A stretch of 63,910 nt of DNA, filler included, from Octopus bimaculoides (taxonomy: Eukaryota), in the NCBI RefSeq assembly GCF_001194135.2. It is 6 parts of 5 records of this genome, joined end to end, with 100 filler letters (N's around TTAATTAATTAA, not from the genome) between each part and the next. Parts side by side here need not be neighbours in the genome. Positions count along the whole stretch, not along the records: positions 47,731 to 59,700 come from NC_068999.1; positions 59,801 to 62,409 come from NW_026316095.1; positions 62,510 to 63,910 come from NW_026378734.1; 3 more parts are not named here. One strand, 5' to 3'. The notes below the pieces were generated by a model, which was given only the letters and a program-made list of their open reading frames with translations, was not told the DNA's origin and ran no database searches. A program made the position numbers and the translations under genes. Position 1 is the first letter of the stretch, and the number at the start of each line of letters is the position of its first letter. Shown one piece after another: positions 49,951 to 62,910 of the stretch.

Positions 49951-51420
49951 ATGCCACTATTAACCCACCCGATCTTTCTTAATCAAGCACTGATTTATAG
50001 CATGAAAAGTTCCGAATTGTCCCGACGCGAAATAAATATTACGCTTGCTGCGCGAGCCACTCTAATAGATTTTGATGGTCGATTATGGAGTAGTTTAGAT
50101 AGGGAGAACGCATTTGATATAGCAATGGGCTCATACGATTCTGCTCAGGTCACTGACCTAGTCGGAATATATATCCTTTCATTAATCCAGTCTTTCTTTC
50201 CGGAAGTAACAGGGGGTCTATATAGGGATGGCGCCTCGTTTTTTCTGGATAGAAGTAGCAAAGTGCTATTAGAAAGGCAGAGGAAAAATTTCTTTAGGCT
50301 TTTTAAAAATATAGGACTAAATATTATTGTAGAGTGAATTTTCTTGAGCCCTGGTTTCTGTCTTGATACTGGATTATTTGAAACATTTCATAAGCCAAAT
50401 GATCATGTTAAGTACATTAACGTAACATCCAACCATCCACCCTCGATAATACGGGGATTAGTTAAGAATATTTCTACAAGAATTTGTAGATTATCCACTA
50501 ATAATAAAATTTTCGAATCACACGCAACTTATAATGTTGCTCTAGCAACATGAAATAAGCCTAACAACAGATATAGGAATCAGGATGTCCTCTGGTTCAA
50601 CCCAGTTTTCGGTTCGCATGTTTCAACCAAGATCGCTGGGAAATGTTTTGCTGCTTTGGACAAATGTTTTCCTAAATCGGTATCATGCTATTTTTAATCG
50701 GCACACCGTGAAGATATCCTGCACCAACTCTGCTAAGCTAGAGCAGCTTATGCATCGCATAAACAATAGCAAAATGCGGCAAAAGTTCAATAACCTACCT
50801 ATTGGATCTAGTGAACATGTGCATCTAAATACTAACCAAGGAGATGCAAACTGCAATGATAAACACCAATTACTACCACATTGTAGTAGTAGAAATACTT
50901 ATGATACAGCCAACACGGTAACAACGTCGGTAAATGGAGTTGCGACTGCCTTATATACAAATAAATACGATAAATGCTCATGCAGATAAAAATCAAAATG
51001 TCTTTGATGAAACTCTGTATGAGTACAAATCTTCTATATAAATGTACCGTGCACACAAGGGGAAGGCCGTATGTTTACATTGGATAGACGGCTGATTCAT
51101 TCAAGAATCGTTATCGTAACTATGTCGCCAGCTTTAAGACAATCAATAAGAGACGTTCAACATCTTTGGCCGATTTTGTATGGCGACTGAAGGAGGATAA
51201 AATGAAGTGCAGCATAACTTGGTCCATAGTAAGGCACGCGAAACCATACAATACCATTTCCAGGAGATGCCGTCTCTGCCCTGAGGAATCCCTGTCTATT
51301 CTGTGGACTAACAAGATCATTAACAGAATTTCTGAAAGACTCTTGAGATGCCTACACGCATATAAATGTACTTTCGCACAATGCAGTGGGAATGAATTTT
51401 GAGTAACCGTTAGCATAATT
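49951..51420 (+). mobile_element. decayed Penelope-like retroelement (RT C-half plus C-terminal GIY-YIG)
   Basis: FDIAMGSYDSAQVTDLVGIY..GLYRDG (RT); KPNDHVKYINVTSNHPPSII (thumb); LLYKCTV..VYIG*TADSFKNRY and RCRLCPEE (GIY-YIG); stops and frameshifts present. Confidence 0.9.
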
Positions 51421-51947
51421 TAAGTTACTTTCAGGTAACTTAAGTTTACTCTTAACTTCCGCATTCTTACAAACATCAAGTAGATAATTAACTCGCTTTG
51501 TGATCATGAGTGCACCAAACCTCACGTGTGCGTCTGCTCACATTTTCGCAGATGCTTGTATGAACGAGTGGACTCGCGCCATGCAGCTTGCCTGAGGGCG
51601 TTTATACATCCATACTTGTTAACGGTTATTTTTAATACTTTTCTCGCTGCATTGTGTGTTCGTTTCTCATTTTTTTCCATCTGTGATTTTATCTTTGGTC
51701 TTCTATATAAATAAAAAATATTTCCTTCGTCTGGGTGTTTTTCTTTTCACAAAACGAGAAGTTACATTGCGGAACTGTTATTTTAACGAGTCGTATCTAT
51801 TTATCACCCGACAAGATACATCTGCACCGCTGGATACTCCTGAACTAATTGTTGAGTGTCCCACCCATGAGGGATCGATGGTAGATGTGTCGAAACAATT
51901 ATGATTGATAAATTCTCGTATATTCCATCTTCCGTCTTTTATTTGCC

Positions 51948-51978
<31 letters not shown>

Positions 51979-53117
51979 CACGTATATGGTGGGAAAATGG
52001 AATCTATATCCTTTGAATACATTTCTTTCCACGTCTTGACAGTACATTAATAGCAGCATTACAAGTAAATTAAGATATAATGAGCTATTTAACTCCTGCA
52101 ATTATGCCCGAGCAAAATGGCAGTGAGAGAAACAAGTTGATGCTTTGCTGTTGAGCCAATTAACTGGACGAAAATGCCCAAATATATCATTAAAGCAATA
52201 GAAATCGAATCCGAAGCCTAGGTTGAAAGCCGCCCCAGTGACTTTGAAAGTCTATGACCATTATTTGATTGGGACGTCTTCGAAAATTTTTGGAGATGGA
52301 AATACAAAAAAATATCATTATCATAATGTATACAACATATGAATAACTAAATGCATTTTGTAAAATTGTACAAAAATTAATATGTTGTTGAAAATCCATT
52401 TCTTGTGAACTGAAACGTATCATTTTGACACACAGAACATAATGGTAAAAGTAACTGTTGTATCATAGCTGTCATCGCAGACACTATAAATTATTAATGA
52501 ATTTTACAGTGAATTATTCACGTTGAACACAATTCAGCCATTTTGAGAATTAAAAATTCTTAATCCGAAAACTTTAGACATATTAAACCAATTTTTTACA
52601 TTAGCTTAAGGTGATTTATTTTGAAAGTCAATTGAGGTTGATATCACGGCATGCCTCGTTACTGGATAGATGAAAAGTAAAATCGCTTCTCAGATGGATC
52701 TGAATCAGGAATATATAAGGACAAACAACAGTTATATGTTATTTAAGCCTACTACTCTCCCGTATCTGCCTTTTTATTATTTTTACCATATTGTTTCAAT
52801 AAGAACTGGCATTTTATTTACTTCTGAAACAGAAAATTGAGAGAACTTGTATTAAAGAAGAGGGGATGTTCAGAATTAGTCTTCTAAAATAGATAATCGA
52901 TTATACTGTTTAAATTCACATATAGAAAAAAAAAACTAAACCCTATACTATTTAGTTACTTAGATATCAATGTTGTGAATCCTTTTACTTCCGTAGAGTC
53001 ACTGATGTCGTTCGGAAAAAATATGAAGTCAAACATCCCAACATTTTCACCCACGAATGCACGAGACTTTCAGCGTAATAAGTAAAGAAAATATACACGG
53101 AAACATTTAAGCTTGTT

Positions 53118-53324
53118 TATCTTTTACTTTTTACTTGTTTCAATCATTGAACTGCGGCCATGTTGGAGCACTGCCTTGATAAGTTTAGTCGTATATATTA
53201 ACCAAAGTACTTTTTAAAATCTGGCAGTTATTCTTTCAGTGTCTTATTGCCGAACCTCTAAGTTACAGGGACGGAAATAAGCCTACACCAGTTGTCTTGC
53301 GGTGGTGGGGCAAACACACACAAA

Positions 53325-53410
<86 letters not shown>

Positions 53411-53570
53411 CACAAAACACATACAAAGGGCTTTTTCAGTCTGCATCAGACCTACTCACAAGGCTTTGTCGGCAGGAGACTATAGTAGAAGTCACTTGCC
53501 CAAAGTGTCATGCAATGGGACTGAACCTGAAAGTATATGGCTGAGAAACAAACGTCTTACTACACAGTCA
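53118..53570 (-). mobile_element. SINE family A, diverged, with internal (CA)n
   Basis: Family A motifs. Confidence 0.75.
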
Positions 53571-54004
53571 CGAAGAATAATGCCAATAAGACAGTTAAAC
53601 ATTTAGCAGGAAAATTATAGATCTTTTAAACAAAAATCTGTGGTATTTAAGAGCCACAGGTATTAGAAATCAGTGTGAAATAAAATGAATGAAAATCACG
53701 TTCAGACCATGGTCGATTTTACCCTGGAAGAGGCGAACTCTTATTTCTGTAACCAAAATAAGCTTGAATGAAACCTCCCAACTTTACATTGTCTTTGCAT
53801 TGTCTCCGTCATCCTTCGCCTTTGTGGAAAACAAAATGAAATCATCATCATCATCATTATTATTATTTATCATATCTTTGAGTTTGGATATAGACTAAAC
53901 TGTAACAGTGTTATAATATACAAAAACTAAATCAGTGACAAACACGTAACAAACTTATATCTCTTCTCAACCACTTCTGCGACTGCACACACCACACTGT
54001 ACTA

Positions 54005-55850
54005 TCTCTTTTATTTGCCACACAGTGGGGTCATGACACAGAGGGGCTATGACACAGAGGGGACAGCACAAGGACAGACAGAATACCACAGCGGGGACAG
54101 CACAAGGACAGACAGAACACCATAGCGGGGACAAAAACATAAAATGAATGTATGAAGGATGAATGAATTATAATAATGAGGATGAAATGGCTACATGAGC
54201 CCCGCTCTCAAGCAGTACCATTTAAATGTTTTAACACAGTTTTAATCATTTTTCTTTCTCTTTTTTCCTTTTTCTTTCTTTTAGCATTGTATTTATTGTC
54301 TATTAAATTTCAACGTCTTACTTTTTAGAAGTTCATGAATGGTTCTATTTCTTTGTACTCCAAAACAGGCGGTGGTTCATCGAACACCACCTCTACTCCC
54401 AATGGGTCTATGCCGTTTTCGAGCAAATCATTCAGTTTTCCGTACCTCTCTCGGTCTATCACAATTCCTTTTACATTTTCTGTATACAGTGCTACTTGTA
54501 ATTTTCCCCTTATTACCGATTTGAATTTTGTAATTCTCCATTCTCCTCTTTATGGCTGTACTTTTTGCATATGTTACCATATACCACTTGTTCTTCTTCG
54601 GTTTCTCGACTGCTCGTTTCTGCTGCACACCTGGGTTGTCCGGGCAAGTTTCTCTTTTTTGTCCTTTTGTTGGTAGTTATATTGCATACCCTTGCTGCCA
54701 GCTCTCTTTAAAGTCCATTTCTTCCTCCATTTTGTACTTTTGTTGGTGATGCTGTTGTACTTTTTTGCCACCGGCTCTGTATAATGCCTATTTCTTCTTC
54801 CTTTTTACCCTTTGTTAGTGATGCTGGTGTACTTTTTTGCCACCAGTTCTCTATCATATTCAGTTCGTCCTCCTTTTTCTTTTTCGGACTCTTTGGCAGT
54901 GAGTTCACGCATTCTTTTCTCTTTTTTTCTGTTCACACGGTGAATACATCATCCGCTTCCTCCGTGTCCTTCTAAACTTCTAGTACCGCCACTTCGGCAC
55001 TCTGTTCCTGTTCGACATTCTGCAGCTGTTGTTCCTCTTCATCTTTATTGTCCTCCTAGGGACACCTTACTCTCATGTGTCCCGTCTCGCCACATTGATA
55101 ACAGGTTGGTAGGCTGAATTGGATGACCATTTCCAGGCCATATCCCAACAATTTACTTTTTTCGTCTTCGCTACTTTTAAAATTTTCGCGTCTTCCTCCA
55201 TATTATGCATAATGGCTGCCACCAGCCACGCCTCTTTAATCTCCGGGGGTACTCTGCGTATCCTTACTATAGCCACATTTTTGCCACAGTAAGTTGGCAG
55301 AAGCACCCACTCTTGCATTCTTAGCGTCAAAGTGGGGTGATTTATCGCTTCTTGTTCGTTAGCGAACCTCACCTCCATTGTGCCATATTTTCTTCCTCTC
55401 GTGTAGAATGTTGTGAGGCTTTTTATTTCTTTCAAACACTCTTCTATGGCTTCCACTGTGGCTATTTCTAGTTTTTTTTTGACGTGGACAGTGTTCTGTA
55501 TACCACTGTTAGCTTTGTTACGCTGGCTGTTAAATCTTCTGGCGGGGTCAGCCTTCAACTAGTTCCTTCTCAGTTAGCCTGTTGTAGTATTTTAGTTTCT
55601 TTGGCTCAATCTTCACTCCTCGAACCCCTAACACATCAGTAGTTAAACCTCTTCTAGTGGCTGAAGCATAAATGCCGGCCTGTGCTGGAACTGGTTCGTA
55701 CTCCATTCTTCTTTTTTTCTCCACTTCACCCATAAATGAGGAAGAAAACAAATGCAAAATCACACGCGCGTAGGCAAAAAACAGCAACAATAATTCAACA
55801 ATTCTAGAAATAGGTTCACCCTTACGAGAGACTTTCATCTAGTAATTATC
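54005..55850 (-). mobile_element. ORF1-only (HAL1-like) non-LTR element, near full length
   Basis: ORF 55073-55558 (VRIRRVPPEI, ORF1-like), CCHC knuckle CYQCGETGHMRVRC at 55062-55103, stop near 54325, 3' UTR with AATAAA; no RT sequence in between. Confidence 0.65.
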
Positions 55851-55904
55851 AATTGACTTACGTCTAACAGGGATCAAAAATGATTTAACGCAACAGAAAA
55901 ACAG

Positions 55905-56105
55905 CTGATTTTTAATTACCCACAAGGGGCCAACAAAGAGGGGACAGTACAATTACATGTGGGGACACATAACGCAAAAATAAAATTTAAAATATGATAA
56001 TATGAATGATATACTGAAAATGAGAAATCGAAATGTGCTGCTTGCCCCACCACAAGCATCATCACTTCCTTTTATCTTAAGAGTCCTTTTAACACGTCCA
56101 ATCCA
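55905..56105 (-). mobile_element. 3' end fragment of the ORF1-only element family
   Basis: cttgccccaccacaagcatcatcacttcc and aggggacag...catgtggggac shared with 21280-21450. Confidence 0.7.
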
Positions 56106-56108
56106 TAT

Positions 56109-56252
56109 TTTCTTCTTCTTCTTCTTCTTCTTCTTCTTCTTCTTCTTCTTCTTCTTCTTCTTCTCCTCCTCCTCCTCCTCCTCCTCATCATCATCATCTT
56201 CTTCTTCTTCTTCTTCTTCTTCTTCTTCTTCTTCTTCTTCTTCTTCTTCTTC
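56109..56252. repeat. compound (TTC)n(CTC)n(ATC)n(TTC)n microsatellite
   Basis: Direct reading. Confidence 0.95.
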
Positions 56253-59200
56253 AAATTTATTAGGTAATATGATTTCTTGTTTGTATTTGTCAGCTTCCTT
56301 AAATACTGAAAACAGTTTTTTGTTTTGCTCGTGTTTTGTGGCTATTTGTATTAGTCTTCTTTGCTTCTGAATTAGGTATTTCTGCAGTCCTATGGTGGTT
56401 ATTTTATAATAGTTTTCCAGCTGTATAAGGCCTCTACCACCTTCTGTACGTTGTATATATAACCTTTCTATGTCAGATTTTGGGTGGTGCATCCTAGATC
56501 CTGTCATTATTTTTCTTGTTTTTCTGTCTATTCTAGTTAGTTCATTTAGTGTCCAGTTAAGGATATTGTAGCCGTAACTTATAAGTGGGACGGCTAAAGT
56601 GTTAATGCCTATTATCTTGTTTTTAGCATTAAGCTCTGTTTTTAGTATTGATCTAACTCGTCTATAGTATTATTCCTTTATTTTCTCTTTCATTTGTGTG
56701 CGTTGTATTCTATCTAGTTCATTGATTCCTAAATATTTGTATGTCTGGCTTTGGTTTAATTCTCTTATTTCATTGGCTTTATCTAGTGTGATGTTGCTAC
56801 TCTTAACTAGTTTTCCTCTTTTCAGGTTGCTTTGGCACATTTTTCTAATCCAAATTTCATATCTATCTCTTTGGTAAATCCATGTACTTGTCTGTAGTAG
56901 TGTTTCCAGCTGTTTATCGTTTGTAGCGTATAATTTTAGGTCATCCATATATAAAAGGTGGCTGATTGTTTTGCCGTAACATTTGTATCCGTATCCATTT
57001 CTATTTAGCAAGTCAGTTAAAGGTGTGAGTGCCAAGCAGAAAAGGAGTAGAGAGAGCGTGTCTCCCTGGAATATTCCTCTTCTAATGGGGATGGTTTCGT
57101 TTTCACAAGTCCCTCTTTTGTTTGGAGCTGTAGCACTGTCTGCCATTTATTCATAGAGTGTCTTATGTATTTTATAATTATTGGTGCCACCTTGTTTATG
57201 GCTAGTGTTTCGAGGATCCACGTGTGGGGAACACTACCAAAAGCCTTTCGGTAGTCGATCCAGGCGATACCGAGGCCTTTCTTCTTTCTGCGGCTGTCTT
57301 CAGTTATGGCTTTATTGATCATTAGTTGATCTTTACAGCCGTTTGAGCCCTTGCAGCATCCCATCTGCTCTTCTGGAAATAGGTTGTTATCTTCCAGGTG
57401 CTTACTCAATCTCTGCGATATTATTGCAGTAAAGGCTTTGTAGATTGTAGGGAGACAGGTTATAGGTCGGTAGTTTTGTGGTTTCTCCGTTTCCGTGGAT
57501 TTGGGAATTAGGATGGTTTTCCCTTTCGTGAGCCATTCAGGCATTGTCTCTGGTTCTGTTAGTATGTTGTTAAAGTTTTCAGCGAGCTTTTTGTTCATTC
57601 CTGTCAGATATTTTAACCAGAAGTTGGGGATCTTGTCGTGCCCAGGTGCCTTCCAGTTGCTTAGTTTTTGCAGTGCCTGGGTGACCTCTTCAGTTGTTAT
57701 AGGGCTCCAGATTTGCTCAGGGGCTAAGTTCGTTGTTTTAATAGTCCTTTTCTGAGGTTGTTGCTTCACCGACCATATTTCTTTCCAAAATTTTTCGACT
57801 TCTTCTGCTGTTGGTGCTGCAGTAATGTCTATTTTATTTTTACCAAGTTCTTGGTAGAATTTTTTGGGGTTGGATTTGAACTGTTTGTTTTGTTCAAAGA
57901 AAGTTTGGCGTTTCTCATACCGGCGGATCCTTTGTGCTTTGGCAAGGATATCTTGCTTTAGCTTTTCTTTTGCCCCAGGTAAATCTTATTCTGTAATGTT
58001 GTATTTGTACAGTAATTTTGTTTTCTTCTTGTTACTTAGTTGTGTTGATTGTCTACTAATTTCGTTGAGAATTGATAGATCTTTTCTCTTTTTTTTTAAA
58101 TTTTGTTTTGGATATTATTTATCCACAAGGTATATTTCGGTGGCGGAATTCCTGTTTGGATGGGTTTGAGGGAGTATCCTGCTTCTGTTGTGGCTGCAGT
58201 AGCTGCTGCATATATTATGTCATTTAGCTCAGTGATATCGCCAATTGTTTCTGTGGTTATTAGTTCCGTGACGGCCAGGTTTATGCTATTTATTATTGAT
58301 GTTGTTTTATTGTCTATTTTGATTTTTGGGTGGTATAATCTGTGGTCCATTTTGAGATCTGTGGTTTTCAGTTCTTTGATTATTGTCATTTTTATAGTAT
58401 CATAATCATTAGGTTTCCCTTCGTCGTTTCCAGGTTTTAGATTTGTTTCGCCTTCCTTTTCATTCATATGTTTGTCTGTGGTGTTCTGGATTGGTACTTT
58501 TTGTACATCATTATACATCTCTACGGTCTGGGTTTGTTGTTTGTTGTTTACTTCGTTTTTGGTGGTAATGTTACGTTTGTCTTCGTGTTTTACAATCTCA
58601 GTGTTTATATTAGTTGGTATTGTTGTGTGGCTACTATCTACATTTTCCTGATGTATTTTTCCTTTTAATTGTTCTATTTCTATTTCTGATATATTTTTGC
58701 TTTTAGAATATATCTTCGTATGTTAGCTAGTTTATAAGGGTTCATTGCTCTATCCAAGTCTTTATTCAGGTTATTTTTCTTCCATATATTATATGTATAT
58801 GTTGTTGAGTTTTCGTTCTTTGGGTAGAGCACTGCTGTATAGTAAGCGTGTAGGATCGAAATGTATTCCTTACGTGTCCATTTATGCAGTTTTGGTTTTA
58901 TTTGCGGGACATGAGGAACAACGTCCGGCCCTTTATTTTGACGGTCATCATTTTCGTAGGGTACCGGTCCGTTCATTTCTGTTGTCAATTTTTTTTTGCA
59001 CGTGTAGTTTTTTGTACTTTTTGTGTAACAAGTTTAACGTACGCACTTCTCGATTGTTATTCTTGGGTGGAATAATACCGGTATTATTTAATTTATTTGT
59101 AATTTTTTTTGTACATGGTGTTTGGGGCCGGAGATGGTCTGGTGTTGATGTATCAAGCGTGTTTACATGTGCTGTGCGAGCAGTGGAGATGATATCCAAT

Positions 59201-59365
59201 TAAAATACATCATTTTGTTTGGAAAATAGTAATACATTTCAATGAGTATTACTTGCTCGGATATAGTCCAACCCTTTGTCAGCTATTTTTGGCTCCATGC
59301 GATGTCTTTATTTCCGAGCAGTGATTTATCGTTCTCACATGTTAAACGCCCCCGGTTTCCTCTCC
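56253..59365 (-). mobile_element. R4/Dong-clade non-LTR retrotransposon, 3'-truncated and frameshifted
   Basis: KWTRKEY..HAYY N-terminus, AQRIRRYEKR..QNKQF..NPKKFY, NYRPITCL, WIDYRKAF, IFQGDTLS, HLLYMDDLKLYA, HHPKSDIERLY..RTEGGRGL; no RLE domain before the break. Confidence 0.9.
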
Positions 59366-59440
<75 letters not shown>

Positions 59441-59460
59441 GTAGTAGTAGTAGTAGTAGT
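59366..59460. repeat. (TTA)n then (GTA)n microsatellite abutting the Dong-like 5' end
   Basis: Direct reading. Confidence 0.95.
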
Positions 59461-59954
59461 ATAGACGTTGCACAGTATACAATATCCTGAGGTTGTTGAT
59501 TGAGGATATAATGTCTACCGGAGGTTTGTACTGTTTGTCATGCCACAACAAAAACCTCAGACAGACAACAATTTACGAAATATGCGTGCAGTTCAAAGTA
59601 ATGCCGAGGTTTGCAATACACCTAGATTGTAGGGTATTTCTAAAGTTTTCAGATGTTTTTAAGATTGGGTGGTATCATTATTATTATTATTATTATTATT
59701 NNNNNNNNNNNNNNNNNNNNNNNNNNNNNNNNNNNNNNNNNNNNTTAATTAATTAANNNNNNNNNNNNNNNNNNNNNNNNNNNNNNNNNNNNNNNNNNNN
59801 AATACTCAGTATATGATTTAACTTATTAAACACAGTTCAACAAATCCATTGATATTTATGTAAACGGGAGAGATTAGATTTTAAATTGGATTATAGCTTT
59901 TATTACTCTTGTTGCTAAGTAAAGCATTACCTTCGTATTTTTAAATATTACTTT

Positions 59955-60142
59955 TAATTATATATTTTAATGCTTAGCGGTATTTCGTCCGTCTTTACGT
60001 TCTCAGTTCAAATTCTACCGAAGTCGACTTTGCCTTTCATCCTTGCGGGATCGATAAACTAAGTACTGGTGAAACACTGGGGTCGATGTAATCGACTATA
60101 CACCTCCCTACAAATTGAGGCCTTGTGCCTCCAGTAGAAAGG

Positions 60143-60145
<3 letters not shown>
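59955..60145 (+). mobile_element. SINE family B, alternative tail (ccagtagaaagg(att)n)
   Basis: Family B core. Confidence 0.8.
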
Positions 60146-60182
<37 letters not shown>

Positions 60183-60221
60183 TTATTACTATTACTATTA
60201 CTATTATTATCATCATCATCA

Positions 60222-60306
<85 letters not shown>

Positions 60307-60379
60307 GTGTGTGTGTATGCGTATGGTCCAACACTGCTTAACAACCCATATTAGTTTCTTGGTGGTTGTGGTGGTGGTG

Positions 60380-60425
<46 letters not shown>

Positions 60426-60435
60426 CGATGATGAT
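60143..60435. repeat. compound (ATT/ACT/ATC)n and (GAT)n microsatellites
   Basis: Direct reading. Confidence 0.9.
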
Positions 60436-60489
60436 AATGAAAATCGCTCTATTGCAGTATTTTACAGTCAGTTTTTCTGTCAGTTTTTG

Positions 60490-60960
60490 ATGATACAAAT
60501 GTTTACCATTTTTGTGTCTTTCTGAGGATTTTTATTTTTATTTCATTCTATTTTATTTTATTTGTTATTTCCTTGTTTAATTGTTCGGTGTTGAGTTTTA
60601 CTTTTGTTTGTATGGTTTTTGGTGTATTCAATGCCAGATTTTCTCTGGTGTATTTTTTTTTATTATGAACTTAACTATTTTTGGTGTAATGGGATTTGTA
60701 CTTTTCTTTATTGTCGCCTCGTGGAATATTTATTTTTTTCGATGCGTCTATAATTATTTTGTTTAATGTATGTACATAAACAGTGTCTGTGTTTGTGATC
60801 GGGCGTTGATGAATTCTAAAAGATTTCATTGTTTCTTGATTGGTTCAATAGTGATTTTGTTTATTTCAAGTTCTTCAAAAGTGTTTTTTCTTTCTCTGTT
60901 GAGATGAGAGCTGTTTGTGATGATCGAAAGGTGGTCCGCAGAAAGTTGGCGAACTTAAGT
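60490..60960 (-). mobile_element. possible diverged 5' fragment of a Dong-like element
   Basis: Minus-strand SSTPDHKHR resembles TSTPDHLRP of ORF 58948-59199. Confidence 0.3.
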
Positions 60961-61004
60961 GGGTGTCTGAAAATCATTATTTCACAAGACAGCTCACTGG
61001 TGTG

Positions 61005-61130
61005 GTTAAGAACGGAGTTCGTTTGAGAACTCTGAAGCTTCGGGTTCGATTCTACTGTGTAGTGTCCAGGGACGTCATTAAACCCCTGCAACTCCTACGG
61101 TCGCAGGGGGCCTTCGTGGTTGAGGGGCTC
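61005..61130 (+). mobile_element. tRNA-derived SINE head fragment
   Basis: ggtgtggttaagaac...gggttcgattc A/B boxes without an intact cloverleaf. Confidence 0.5.
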
Positions 61131-61692
61131 ATATTAAGATTAAAGTACGTAGATGAGTCATCTATTTGCTTTGGTTAAGATATTGAACAAGAATTAAAAT
61201 ATGTTAACTGAAAATTTCAAGAAATAAAATGGTAATGCATTGTACCAGCAAAAGTTCTTGTAAAAATATTTCATTGTGTCACGGACGTGTACCAGACTTT
61301 TTAGATATCTATTGAACACGAACTTAGCTCCCAGTTTGATTATTCTGAACTTTTAGCGGTATACTGGGATGGTATTACACCAAACTCAGCGGTGTGGAGG
61401 TATCCATGTTGTATTCCACTAAGTTTAGGCTGTATAAACAGTGTTCTGTCATAAAAAGAAGATGAGACTTCAACAATGATAAATAGAATTTATTTTGGAT
61501 AGAGGATATAAACACAGTTTTTCACACGATGTAAGAAATCAAATATTAACATGTTGTGGATCCTTTGGACAACAAATAAACGCTTGACTAAAAAACACCC
61601 TTCAAGGCCACCAACATGGCCGCAGTCCAATGCCCGAAAAAAAATGTAGGGTCAGTTATAAAGTAGCAGGTGATGGTTTTACTAGCTTTAAA

Positions 61693-61723
<31 letters not shown>

Positions 61724-62364
61724 NNNNNNNNNNNNNNNNNNNNNNNNNNNNNNNNNNNNNNNNNNNNNNNNNNNNNNNNNNNNNNNNNNNNNNNNNNNNN
61801 NNNNNNNNNNNNNNNNNNNNNNNNNNNNNNNNNNNNNNNNNNNNNNNNNNNNNNNNNNNNNNNNNNNNNNNNNNNNNNNNNNNNNNNNNNNNNNNNNNNN
61901 NNNNNNNNNNNNNNNNNNNNNNNNNNNNNNNNNNNNNNNNNNNNNNNNNNNNNNNNNNNNNNNNNNNNNNNNNNNNNNNNNNNNNNNNNNNNNNNNNNNN
62001 TATATAAGTAAATAATTATTCAAATGGGATTTGTTTTCGAATGAATCCAACATTATATCAATCAAGTTTCTTAATCCGTTTTTAACAATCATATTATAAC
62101 AAGACTGCAACTCACAGAATGAAAAATGTTTATAAGATGTCTTACATGAAGGTGTAAGAATTAGAAAGATCCGAAACATGATGGGTTGATGGGATGTTTA
62201 AGCAGAATTTGGATATAATATATTCATGAAAATGATGAGATTTAGTTTGAAATCTGGCAGCAGACAGAAAAATTATAAGCATTCATAGAAAGCACACATG
62301 AAAAATGGAGGGCAAACTAATGGAGGCAGTGGTGGTGGTAGTGGTGGAGGTCGGAGGATGATAG

Positions 62365-62409
<45 letters not shown>

Positions 62410-62509
62410 NNNNNNNNNNNNNNNNNNNNNNNNNNNNNNNNNNNNNNNNNNNNTTAATTAATTAANNNNNNNNNNNNNNNNNNNNNNNNNNNNNNNNNNN
62501 NNNNNNNNN

Positions 62510-62910
62510 GGTTGATTTGTTTCCAGTGATCAAATGTGTTGGCAGACTCCCTCCATGGAACCGATATATTGCCTGTACAGGTGCACAAAGTGTCACAGGA
62601 CGAAATGATTGCAGAGCAACGTGAACTGAAGGGTTTGGCTCAAGAGAACAACACACCACTCGCTCCGAGAATCGAACCTAAGATCTAACGATTGTATGTA
62701 CCGCACACTCACTACTAGGCCACACGCCTTCACTCACACACTCGCCGATGACAGACTGCGACATAGTTTCCGTCTACCAAATTCTCACTCAGGGCATTGG
62801 TCAGTCCGAGACCATTATAGAAGACGTTTGTCCGATGCACTTCGCAGTGGGGATGAACCCGAAATCATTTGGTTGTAAAGCAGGCTTCTTAACCACACCG
62901 TCATGCCTGT
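62510..62910 (-). mobile_element. SINE family D (62510-62735) and SINE family A 5' half (62755-62910)
   Basis: tRNA-like heads in reverse; family motifs. Confidence 0.65.

Noticed and set aside
51861-51896. CCCATGA...GAAAC downstream of the PLE as a hammerhead
   Set aside because: Core is CCCAUGA rather than CUGANGA and stem II pairs poorly; at best a decayed relic
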